Shown here piece by piece: positions 1 through 8,561 of a DNA stretch of 64,000 nt. Position numbers and translations under genes: made by a program. The stretch is taken from positions 1 to 64,000 of the IMG/VR virus record IMGVR_UViG_3300046680_000412; one strand, written 5' to 3'. The first letter of the stretch is position 1, and every line of letters begins with the position of its first letter. The notes below the pieces were generated by a model, which saw only the letters and a program-made list of their open reading frames with translations, was not told where the DNA came from and did not search any database. This DNA comes from a virus.

Positions 1-1
1 G

Positions 2-211
2 GCAGAGGTCAAGGGCACGTACGAGCGCGTGGATCTGAAGAAGATGTCGCGCGACGACTTGCTGCTCTTGATCAAAGACGATCAAGAGTTGCCGCTCAAG
101 CTGAAGGACGTGCCGAAGAAGGCGAGCAAGCGCGAGATCATCGATCTCATCTTGGGCGCCCAAGCCCCCGACGAAGACGACTCGGACGACGAAGAAGAAG
201 ACGACGACTGA
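2..211 (+). CDS. 5'-truncated hypothetical protein with a small helical (HeH/Rho-N-like) domain and acidic tail
   Basis: Frame is open from the window edge (AEVKGTYERVDLKKMSRDDLLLL...KASKREIIDLIL...DEDDSDDEEEDDD). The L.KM.R..L / K..II..IL pattern resembles small helical domains found after capsid genes. Confidence 0.55.
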   Translation, partial: AEVKGTYERVDLKKMSRDDLLLLIKDDQELPLKLKDVPKKASKREIIDLILGAQAPDEDDSDDEEEDDD

Positions 212-222
212 AAGGGATTCGC

Positions 223-534
223 ATGCCGACCATCATCTTTTCACCCAGCGCGCAGCTGCAGCAGATCGACGACTTCCCCGCTGACTGCGGACGAACCGTA
301 GTAGGAGCGATCCACGTCGCGCCGGGTCGCACGTGTGTCGTGAGCGACGACGAGGCGGCGCACTTGAAGGCGCGCGGTGTGGTGTTCAGCGTGGCCGGTG
401 CGCCTCTCAAGCCGCCCGCTGCATCCAGGGCCGGTCGCAAGCCGGCGCCGGCCGCACCGCCGCCCACGACCCCGTTGCCGGGGCAATCTCCGGGCCCGTT
501 CGGGGCGCCTACGACGACGAACGAGCCCGAATAG
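223..534 (+). CDS. hypothetical protein with Pro-rich C-terminus
   Basis: ATG after AAAGGGA; tiles with neighbouring genes; no recognised motif. Confidence 0.6.
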   Translation: MPTIIFSPSAQLQQIDDFPADCGRTVVGAIHVAPGRTCVVSDDEAAHLKARGVVFSVAGAPLKPPAASRAGRKPAPAAPPPTTPLPGQSPGPFGAPTTTNEPE

Positions 535-552
535 TCACTTCGATGGGGTGTT

Positions 553-978
553 GTGCTGAAAATCCATACAGCTGACGGCCAAACACACCCCATCGATCTG
601 ACGGATTCGGATCAGGCGCAGTTGTGGCTGACACGTCTCGCGCGCGAGGACTTTCAGGCGACGATCAACGGAGTGTCGTTGGTCGAGCGTCACAGCGTGC
701 GGGGCCGTTGCCAGCAATGCGGCGAGACAGCGGGGCGAGACATTGGCGTGCAGTATTCCGTGTCTCGCCCCCAGAGGGCTCGTCGCGTGTTTGTGCACGT
801 CGAAGCGGTCGAGCCGAATGGAAAGATCAAAGGCGGAGAGCGCGTAACGCTTTTCGCCGACGATGTGTGTCTGACGCTGATGGCTCACGCCTCGCAGCCA
901 GCTTCGCGCGTGACGATCGAAAAGGTCGGCAAGCAAACATTCAACGCACTGAAGACCGGAGCTCATCGCAATGCCTGA
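553..978 (+). CDS. hypothetical protein (single CxxC)
   Basis: 141-aa ORF overlapping the next start; contains CQQC. Confidence 0.65.
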   Translation: MLKIHTADGQTHPIDLTDSDQAQLWLTRLAREDFQATINGVSLVERHSVRGRCQQCGETAGRDIGVQYSVSRPQRARRVFVHVEAVEPNGKIKGGERVTLFADDVCLTLMAHASQPASRVTIEKVGKQTFNALKTGAHRNA

Positions 979-1444
979 AGAGAAGCCAAAGCAAACGCAA
1001 CTTGTGGCCGTGCAGAAAGACATCGCGCTGGCGACCGGCGAAAGCGTCGGGATGTACGCGCGGAAAATCGGCGAAGCAGCCACGAAGTGGGCGAAGCAGA
1101 AACTGAACCTCGGGGCCAAAGACGCGAGCTGCTACCCCGTCGAGATCTTTTCCAAGTCGATCATTTTGAGCATCTACGTCTACAACAATAGCACCACCAA
1201 CGGCGACGAATATTCGCGCTCGCGCTATTACGCCGCGGCGTACGCCCGCAACAAAGACGGGACATTCGAGTTCAGCGCCCTGACCGAGGTCGAACAAGTC
1301 GTCGGCTATCAGCCGAAAGACAGTGCCGCGGTCACGAAGGCCGCAGCAGCACAAGACGACGAGGCGAGCGAGACCGTCGAGGAGATCGACGATCGGCCCG
1401 GCTGGCAATCGATCGCAAAGTCACTTTGGAACGGCGTTCTGTAA
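971..1444 (+). CDS. hypothetical protein
   Basis: 157-aa ORF with typical codon usage, coupled to the upstream gene. Confidence 0.7.
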   Translation: MPEEKPKQTQLVAVQKDIALATGESVGMYARKIGEAATKWAKQKLNLGAKDASCYPVEIFSKSIILSIYVYNNSTTNGDEYSRSRYYAAAYARNKDGTFEFSALTEVEQVVGYQPKDSAAVTKAAAAQDDEASETVEEIDDRPGWQSIAKSLWNGVL

Positions 1445-1476
1445 CCAAACCCAATTGCATACGAAAGCGAGGGATC

Positions 1477-3321
1477 ATGGCCGAAGCCATCGCCCAATAC
1501 GTCGAGCGTGAACTGAGAAACGAGATCGAAGAGCAAGCGCGCCGGCACAACGCGGCGGACCTGTGGGACGCGCTGTGGCAGAAGGAAGACGAAGAGACGT
1601 GGCGCACGCAAGCGCTCGCGCGCGTGTACGCACGTGCGAGCAGAATCGTCGGCAGCATCAAGGCGATAGAAGCGCTGCGAATCGCGGACATCGGCGGCGG
1701 ACTTGGCGTGCTGGCGGAGCAGTTGTCCGCGCTCGCCAACGTCGAGAGCGTTGTCGTGATCGACAACAGCGAGGTCGCGCTTCAATCGGCCATCGCGCGC
1801 GGCGTCAACGCGAAGCGTCTCGACTTGGAAGTCGATGATCTCTTGGCGGCGTTCGAAGGCGTCTCGCTGTTCGTGTCGACCGAATGCGTGGAGCATCTCT
1901 CCGCCGCTACGCGCGCTGAACTCTTCGCGGGCATGGCGTTCGTGAAGCCGTACGGCGCGATTATCAGCGTACCGAACAACCGATTGGGCCCGGACGAAGA
2001 GCCGCAGCACACGGTCAAGTTCACCGCGATGACGTTCAAGAACGAGCTGCAGGACCATTTCGGCGACGACGTGCGCGTCGAAGTGCTCGGGCCCTATTTG
2101 CTCGGCGTGTGCGGAGCCCTTGCACACAAGGGCTTTCGCTTGTCGGCAACGCTGCCCGTGCGCGACGAAGGCCACGACCTCGAACCGACGCTCGCTTCGC
2201 TGCGCGGGATCGCCGATGAGCTCATCGTCGGAGTGGATCCACGCACGACAGACAACACCTGGGAAGTGGCCGCGCAGTATGCGGACAAAGTATTTTTCTT
2301 GCGCGATCCCATGGGCCCGCCCGCGGGTCACCGAATCGTCGAGTGCCCGATCTGCAACGGCGCGTGCAAAGAGTTCATGGGCGAGAACGGGATCCACTTT
2401 TCGTGGGCTCGCAACCAATGCATCGACCAATGCACCGGCGATTGGATCTTCATGACCGAGGGTCATGAACGGCTTGTCGCGGGCGATGACGTGCTGCGCG
2501 CGCTCGACACCGTGTTGCCAAAGGCCGCGCGCGTGGGCTTCGTGCTCCGCCAAGGCAACGGACAGCAGTGGGCGTTTCCGTGGTTGTTTCAAAACGCGCC
2601 CGACATCCGGTTCAAGCGCCCGGTTCACAACGTGCTCGACTTCCCGGAAGGCACGTTTTGCGTGGTCTTGGGCCAAGTCAAGACGCTTCACGATCGCCAC
2701 CATGAGCGGGGCGCGAGCCGCGCCAAACAACGCAAGGCCCAGAACAGAAGCGCGCTACTGGACGACTGGTTGTCGCGCAAGTCCGAGGCGAGTCTTTTCT
2801 ATCTCGGCCAGGAGTGGCGCGACATCGACGTCTCGCGCGCGCTCGATCGCCTCCAAGAGTTTCTCGTCGTCTCAAACAACGGAGTTCAGAGGTACCAGGC
2901 TCGGCTGATCGTGGCCAAAGAGCTGATGATTCAGAGTCGGCTGAAAGAAGCTTCTGCCGTCTTGCACGCTTGTACGGGGGACGATTGGAGTCGCAGCGAG
3001 CACTTCTTGTGGCTCGGCGACATCGCGTATCTCGGCAAAGAACTCGAAAAGGCGCGACGCTTCTACACGATCGCTGCGTCGGGGATTGGAGATCCGCCGA
3101 TCACAGTTTGGTGGATCGATCTCGCGTTCTATTCATACTTGCCGGCGCAGCGCTTGGCGATGGTTTGCGGCGACCTCGGCATGTTGGATGAAGCGCTGGC
3201 ATGGTGTCGGCGCGTGGTCGAGCTGTTGCCTGATGACTCACCGCCCGAAGCTTTCGCTGAAGCCAGGGCCAACGTTACACTCATAGAGGGCGCACTCAGC
3301 GGGCGCGCCGCGGAGGACTAG
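1477..3321 (+). CDS. class I SAM methyltransferase + GT2-family glycosyltransferase + TPR fusion
   Basis: ATG 1477 after GAGGG. SAM motif IADIGGGLGVL, then STECVEHL and ISVPN. GT2 pattern LPVRDE...LASL...DELIV.VD..TTDNT.EVA...FSWARNQCIDQCTGDWIF...RPVHN. Helical TPR-like C-terminus (LFYLGQEW, LWLGDIAY, EALAWCRRVVEL.P). Confidence 0.85.
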   Translation: MAEAIAQYVERELRNEIEEQARRHNAADLWDALWQKEDEETWRTQALARVYARASRIVGSIKAIEALRIADIGGGLGVLAEQLSALANVESVVVIDNSEVALQSAIARGVNAKRLDLEVDDLLAAFEGVSLFVSTECVEHLSAATRAELFAGMAFVKPYGAIISVPNNRLGPDEEPQHTVKFTAMTFKNELQDHFGDDVRVEVLGPYLLGVCGALAHKGFRLSATLPVRDEGHDLEPTLASLRGIADELIVGVDPRTTDNTWEVAAQYADKVFFLRDPMGPPAGHRIVECPICNGACKEFMGENGIHFSWARNQCIDQCTGDWIFMTEGHERLVAGDDVLRALDTVLPKAARVGFVLRQGNGQQWAFPWLFQNAPDIRFKRPVHNVLDFPEGTFCVVLGQVKTLHDRHHERGASRAKQRKAQNRSALLDDWLSRKSEASLFYLGQEWRDIDVSRALDRLQEFLVVSNNGVQRYQARLIVAKELMIQSRLKEASAVLHACTGDDWSRSEHFLWLGDIAYLGKELEKARRFYTIAASGIGDPPITVWWIDLAFYSYLPAQRLAMVCGDLGMLDEALAWCRRVVELLPDDSPPEAFAEARANVTLIEGALSGRAAED

Positions 3322-3326
3322 ACGGT

Positions 3327-3815
3327 ATGAACGTTCAAGACATTCTCGAAGGTCGTAAGTTTGGCGGTTACGTCGACGTCGAAGTCATTCGCGACGGCGT
3401 CGATGGCCCGAAAGTGATTCAGCGTACGCGCACGCACAACTTGGTCGTGAACTCGGGCAAGAAACAGACGTGGCGTCAGGCGTGCGGCCTGAACGCGAAC
3501 GACTGGGATCAGATGCGCATCGGCACCAGCTCGGGCGCCGCTTCAAGCGCCCAGACCAACGTGCTGACGCCCGTGACCGGCACGATCAACACGGTCGATT
3601 TGAAGACGCTGCTCGCGGGCACGCGTACGTTTCAGCTCGTCATCAGCTATCCGTCGGGCGCTGGCTCGAAGTCGGCGACCAACATCAAGGAAGTCGTCGT
3701 GCTCAATCAGAATACGAGCCCCGGTGGCTCGTGTCTGATGCGCGCAGTGTTCACCGCGGTCAATAAGACCACGGCGGACAAACTCAAGCTGACGTACAAC
3801 GTCCGGATCACCTGA
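3327..3815 (+). CDS. putative virion structural protein (tail-collar/fibre-base-like)
   Basis: HNLVVNSG...MRIGT......QT...IKEV....CLMRAVF..VNKT..DKLKLTYNV pattern, typical of small phage collar/fibre-anchor proteins. Confidence 0.6.
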   Translation: MNVQDILEGRKFGGYVDVEVIRDGVDGPKVIQRTRTHNLVVNSGKKQTWRQACGLNANDWDQMRIGTSSGAASSAQTNVLTPVTGTINTVDLKTLLAGTRTFQLVISYPSGAGSKSATNIKEVVVLNQNTSPGGSCLMRAVFTAVNKTTADKLKLTYNVRIT

Positions 3816-4156
3816 TGGCGAACGATCGCCAACACATGACCGACGTGGTCGCGGCTTCTATCGAAGTCGTGCCCGTCGAAGCTTCTTTTCCATGCCCCGA
3901 ATGCGGTGCGGAATCGAGACCGTACGGGGAGGCGCCGCGGCACGACGAGTCTGAACGCATATGCTCGTCCGCCACGTGTCGTAAAGTGCAGCCAGCACCC
4001 GAAGAAGTTCCACGGAGCGGACCCAACGATGAGAGCCCGCACTTCCCGTGCGCGAAGTGCGGACGCGAGACGAAGATGCACAAGTCAGGCATCTCCGGTG
4101 CCACGACCGAACGCGTGTGCTCCGATCCGACCTGTAGGAACGTGTTTACTGCCTGA
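3815..4156 (+). CDS. tandem zinc-finger protein (two C-x2-C-x18-C-x4-C units, Ogr/Delta-like spacing)
   Basis: FPCPECG...ERICSSATCRKV and FPCAKCG...ERVCSDPTCRNVF; TGATG overlap with the upstream gene. Confidence 0.7.
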   Translation: MANDRQHMTDVVAASIEVVPVEASFPCPECGAESRPYGEAPRHDESERICSSATCRKVQPAPEEVPRSGPNDESPHFPCAKCGRETKMHKSGISGATTERVCSDPTCRNVFTA

Positions 4157-4295
4157 CGGGCGCCCGATCCGCTTCTGGATTCGGGGCTCGTCAGGACCCT
4201 GAAGGCGGGTGGCTCCCTATGACGAGTCTGGGCTCGACCACGGTGCAAGTGCAGAGTGTCGCGGCGTCATGCCGCGAATGCTGGCGCCGTGGTCG
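4152..4295 (+). promoter_or_regulatory. structured intergenic region with two long hairpins
   Basis: CCTGACGGGC (4152-4161) pairs with GCTCGTCAGG (4186-4195). CGACCACGG (4235-4243) pairs with CCGTGGTCG (4287-4295) and encloses CGCGGC/GCCGCG. Confidence 0.5.
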
Positions 4296-4327
4296 TTCAC
4301 GCCATCGGAGCGGAGGCGAGTAGGTCC

Positions 4328-7300
4328 ATGGCCATTCCGACTTACGTTGGCGAAGCACACGCGAGTGGCACGGCGGCGACATCGCACACCGTCACGATTT
4401 CCACGATCAACGCCGGTGGCGCACCCGCCAATGGCGATCTGCTGATTGCGTTCATCTCAAAAGCAAACGTAGGGTCGACCGGAGACTCTCATGTCAACGC
4501 GCCGGCCGGTTGGCATCGACTTGGTGCTTCATGGAACGACCTTAGTGCTTCGGTCTTTTGGAAAATTCGTGAAGCTGGCGATAGCAATTCTCCTGCGTTC
4601 AGCTCGTTGTCTGCCGCCGACTATTCAGCCGTCGTTTTTTGCATTCGTGGCGCTGACCAGACGCGGCCTATCTGTCGCCGTTCAGTCCAAATCACCAGTA
4701 GCGACACTTGGACGTGGCTCGCCGAAACTACGCCGGTCGCCGATTGCCTTGCGCTCGCTATCGGCGCGGTCGGAGCGAACCGCTCAGGCATCTCGCCGGC
4801 TACAGGTTGGACTGAGCGGTTAGACCTCAGCAACACGATGTGTCTGTATGCCCAGACGCAAGATTTTGCGACGTCTGGCACAAGCACCGGCACCGCGAGC
4901 CAGCTGATGTCGGGCTCGGGTAATGCGTCTCTCACGCAGCACATGTTCGTGCTTCAGCCGCCGCAAACCGCGACGCCAAAAGACATCCGGGTCGCAACGG
5001 GCTCGTTGACGAGTCCGACGTCGACCGGAAATCAAGATATCACAGGGCTTGGGTTCGACTGCAAGGCACTGATCATTTACGGCATGCGGACGAATGTCAG
5101 CGGCGTGGTGCCGACCGACGTTGAGTACATGCACGGAATAGGCGCTGATGATGGCGTGAGCACAGCCTCTCAGCGCTGTGGCGCTATGTGGGCCACGAGT
5201 GGCGTTTCAGGCGGCACGGGCGGGTTTTCTCAGATTGGAAAGATTGTCGGTGCGTTTTTCTCCACGGCTGTGTCTCCGTCGTTGCTTGCTGTTTACAGCC
5301 GAATAACTGACGGATTTAGACTAAATTGGTCGGTTGTCGATACGAGCGGATGGGACTTTCACTACATTGCATTTGGCGGTTCGGATCTCGCAGCCGTATG
5401 CGGCGCGAAAGACGGATCTGCTAGTCCGTTGAGTGCCTTGCCGTGGCGGCCAGACATGGCCCATATCGTCGGCATCAATGCGACCGGCGACACGAGTTTG
5501 ACGCGCGGTGGCGGCGCCGCGGCCCAAATGAGCGTTGGCTGGCTCGACCCTAACACGGGTGCAGCGTGGGCCGCCTCGCTCGAAGCCAGCAACAGCGCGA
5601 TCGTTCGCGATCAGAGTTTCTACACACAAAGTCAGGCGGGTGCGGCTCAATACGATCTGCAGTTTGCTCAGGCGACATCAAGCGGTTGGTCATGGACCGG
5701 TAGCAATACCGACTATTTTTGGTATCTCGCTCTCAACTGGGGCAACGCAACCTATTTTCCGGCGCAGGTCGAGCTTCAGAGGTGCGAGTCAACTGGCACT
5801 CCGGGCGTAAGTCAGGTCTTTCCGACGATCGGCATGGGCCAGTCGTTGACGACAAAGAAGCTTTCGCACTCGGTCATGTGTCGGTCTACGACGGCGGCCG
5901 GATCGAGCGCCGCGAGCTTTTCTGAAGGGCACGCAAATTACAAATACTCAGTCGGCAATCAGGGTTCTTTTGCATATGGCGCGACCGGACTAACGCGTAA
6001 GCGGCGACGAGAGACGGCTTCGGCGTTTCAAGGCGCTTTCAACGGCAATTTGGATTCTCCGAATAGAATCGGCGCTTGGACCGATCGCGATACGGTCGTG
6101 TGGGCCACGAATACGTCGGCGTCAAGTGCGGGCCAACACATCATTGGCTTGTTCACGCTCGGATTCATCGGTCAGGTCTATACTGTTTCCGCGAGTGACA
6201 CAGTTGCGGTCACCGATTCCATTGGACTTTTGTTTCTTCGCACCGTCGCGAATGATTCGGTCACGATCTCCGATTCCGCTTCGCGCACGTTGACGCGAAG
6301 TCGTCAGGCTTCCGATACGGCCGCGGTGACAGACTCGCTGGCGCGCACCACAACGTATGGTCGCGTGATCAGCGATACTGCGGTTGTCGCTGACTCGGTC
6401 GCGCGCACAGCCACGAAGATCAAGACCGCTTCCGACACGGCTGTGGTAACAGACTCGGCGGCTCGCACTCTCACTCGAAGTCGTCAGGCGTCAGACACAG
6501 TCGCGGTCACTGATTCGGTCGCGCGCACAGCCACGAAGATCAAGACCGTTTCCGACACGGCTGTGGTGACGGATTCGCTCGCGCGTACAGCGACCTTTCA
6601 GCGCGCTTCGACGGACACTGCCGTCGTCACAGATTCTGCAGCCCGCACGTTGACGCGAAGTCGTCAGGCTTCCGATACGGCCGTGGTGACCGACTCGCTG
6701 GCGCGCACGGCGACACACGGTCGCGTGGTCAGTGACGCTGTGGTCGCTACTGAGTCCGTCGCGAGCGCCCCGACGCGGAGTCGGCAGATTTCAGACGCAA
6801 CGGCCGCGTCCGACTCCATGGCGCGCACCACGACGTACGGCCGTCGTCTGGCTTCCGACACGACCGTCGTGACAGACTCGCTGGCGCGTACAACGACATT
6901 TGGCCGAGTTCTCTCGGACACTGCCGTCGTCACAGATTCTGCAGCCCGCACGTTGACGCGAAGTCGTCAGGCTTCCGATACGGCCGTGGTGACCGACTCG
7001 CTGGCGGTCGGTCGCGTGCTGAGTCGTCAAGCGGCCGACACCGTGGCGCTCGTCGATCTGACGGCCCGCACGGCACTGTATGGGCGCCAACCGAATGACA
7101 CGCTGCTGGCGCTCGATGGAGTGCTTGTCGAGCGCGCCGTCGTCATCGCAAATAGCGTAACTCTGTCCGATGCGCTCGCGGCGAAAGTAACTTTCGGACG
7201 CGTCATTTCCGATGCGCCAAGCGTCGTTGACCAAGTGTCAGTGGTCGTGTCGCTGGCCCATACAGATGCCATCGGCATCGCAGATCTTCTTTCGATATCG

Positions 7301-8560
7301 CTGCGCTATGCGCGCTCGACCACAGACGCGGTCACAAGCGCCGACAGGCTTACGACGACGCGATCGACGTCGATTTCCGACGCGGCTTCAGTTGTCGACG
7401 TCGTCGCGCGGGCCATCAGCTTGTCCCGCGCGGCCGCCAGCGACGCTGTCACGGTCTCGGATGGCGCTCAAGTATCCATTGCCGGCGCGTTTCTCTTGGC
7501 CGTTGCCGACGCCGTAGACGTCACAGACGCCTTGACCAGGGCGACGAGCACGGTCCGACTCCTTGTCGACACCGTCACGGTGAGCGAGGCGCTCAGTCAG
7601 AGCAGGGCCAAGAGCCTGACAACGTCGGACGCCATCGTGGCGGCCGACACGCTCGCCAGTGCCCGGAGTTTGTGGCGGACGACGTCTGATGCCACCGCCG
7701 TGGTGGACGCCTTAGAGCGGGCGCACAGCGCGGCGCGAGCGGGCTCGGACACGGTTGCCGTCGCCGATTCCATTGCGTTCGCCCTGAACGGCTTCAAGCG
7801 GGTCGCCCTCGACGACGTCGCTATCGTTGTCGATTCGGTCGTTTTCGATTGCATCTTTGTTCGAACGGTGAGTGACGGCGTAGTCCTTGCCGATCAAGTG
7901 TCGGCCGTCACGAGTCGCGGTGCCGAAGTCGCAACTAGCGACGCCGTTGTGACATCTGACCGTGTCGCACGCGCTATTGCCTATGCGCGAGCCGTTGTCG
8001 ACGCCGTGACTACGGACGACGCAATCGAGATCCGGCAAGACGGGATCGTCGTCGAGCTCTTCGATGCTGTAGTCGCGATCGACTCGCTCAAGAAAGCGAG
8101 TGCGACTGCGAAGTTACTCTACGACGTCGCTGCAGCCGTCGACGCGTTGGTCGCTCAGCGCGTGCTAGGCGGATCTGCCGGCGACGCGGTTGCGATCGCT
8201 GATCATCTCGAAACCGACATCTTCTCACTGAGCGCCGACGCAGTCATGGTTGCTGATGCCATGACGCGCGCCGTGTCGACGTCGCGAAGCATCAGTGACG
8301 CATCCATATCGGAAGACAGTGTATTTACGGGCGAACTCGTGTTCGCTCCACATGGCATCAGCGGAGGCGTGAACATCGGACCGATCGCGATGTACACGGT
8401 CGCGGCCGCGGGGCCACTGACGATTTCACACGGCCCGGATCTTTCGACGGGCCCGGTGGGCTTCGTCTTGAACCTTGGCGACTACATCACGGTGACAGAT
8501 CAGTTGAATCCAGGCGCGAGTCTGACAATCGAGTTCGGCGATTCGGTGGAGGCGACATAA
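4328..8560 (+). CDS. large fibre-like virion protein: N-terminal beta-rich (lectin-like) domains + long 20-aa Ser/Thr/Asp repeat region
   Basis: ATG 4328 after GGAGG (preferred over 4256). Gly/Ser/Thr/Trp-rich N-terminal ~620 aa, then SDTAVVTDSLARTxTxxRxx repeats. Lies directly before the head-tail connector. Confidence 0.7.
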   Translation: MAIPTYVGEAHASGTAATSHTVTISTINAGGAPANGDLLIAFISKANVGSTGDSHVNAPAGWHRLGASWNDLSASVFWKIREAGDSNSPAFSSLSAADYSAVVFCIRGADQTRPICRRSVQITSSDTWTWLAETTPVADCLALAIGAVGANRSGISPATGWTERLDLSNTMCLYAQTQDFATSGTSTGTASQLMSGSGNASLTQHMFVLQPPQTATPKDIRVATGSLTSPTSTGNQDITGLGFDCKALIIYGMRTNVSGVVPTDVEYMHGIGADDGVSTASQRCGAMWATSGVSGGTGGFSQIGKIVGAFFSTAVSPSLLAVYSRITDGFRLNWSVVDTSGWDFHYIAFGGSDLAAVCGAKDGSASPLSALPWRPDMAHIVGINATGDTSLTRGGGAAAQMSVGWLDPNTGAAWAASLEASNSAIVRDQSFYTQSQAGAAQYDLQFAQATSSGWSWTGSNTDYFWYLALNWGNATYFPAQVELQRCESTGTPGVSQVFPTIGMGQSLTTKKLSHSVMCRSTTAAGSSAASFSEGHANYKYSVGNQGSFAYGATGLTRKRRRETASAFQGAFNGNLDSPNRIGAWTDRDTVVWATNTSASSAGQHIIGLFTLGFIGQVYTVSASDTVAVTDSIGLLFLRTVANDSVTISDSASRTLTRSRQASDTAAVTDSLARTTTYGRVISDTAVVADSVARTATKIKTASDTAVVTDSAARTLTRSRQASDTVAVTDSVARTATKIKTVSDTAVVTDSLARTATFQRASTDTAVVTDSAARTLTRSRQASDTAVVTDSLARTATHGRVVSDAVVATESVASAPTRSRQISDATAASDSMARTTTYGRRLASDTTVVTDSLARTTTFGRVLSDTAVVTDSAARTLTRSRQASDTAVVTDSLAVGRVLSRQAADTVALVDLTARTALYGRQPNDTLLALDGVLVERAVVIANSVTLSDALAAKVTFGRVISDAPSVVDQVSVVVSLAHTDAIGIADLLSISLRYARSTTDAVTSADRLTTTRSTSISDAASVVDVVARAISLSRAAASDAVTVSDGAQVSIAGAFLLAVADAVDVTDALTRATSTVRLLVDTVTVSEALSQSRAKSLTTSDAIVAADTLASARSLWRTTSDATAVVDALERAHSAARAGSDTVAVADSIAFALNGFKRVALDDVAIVVDSVVFDCIFVRTVSDGVVLADQVSAVTSRGAEVATSDAVVTSDRVARAIAYARAVVDAVTTDDAIEIRQDGIVVELFDAVVAIDSLKKASATAKLLYDVAAAVDALVAQRVLGGSAGDAVAIADHLETDIFSLSADAVMVADAMTRAVSTSRSISDASISEDSVFTGELVFAPHGISGGVNIGPIAMYTVAAAGPLTISHGPDLSTGPVGFVLNLGDYITVTDQLNPGASLTIEFGDSVEAT
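6190..8320 (+). repeat. coding tandem repeat, 60-nt/20-aa period, roughly 30-35 units, degenerating 3'-ward
   Basis: Units such as SDTAAVTDSLARTTTYGRVI and SDTAVVADSVARTATKIKTA. An about 90-bp block starting at 6612 recurs identically at 6915. Confidence 0.9.
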
Positions 8561-8561
8561 C

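Noticed and set aside
1309-2730. Long - strand ORFs here and at 48246-49490, 58366-59433 and 27982-28995
   Set aside because: They are antisense to genes with clear motifs. Long antisense ORFs are expected in high-GC coding DNA and these show no recognisable domains.
4196-4245. Hammerhead ribozyme (CTGAAGG / TGACGAG resemble the core)
   Set aside because: There is no proper CUGANGA followed by stem II and GAAA.
6190-8320. Possible CRISPR array
   Set aside because: The repeats are in-frame coding units with synonymous variation and no repeat/unique-spacer structure; no cas genes are present.
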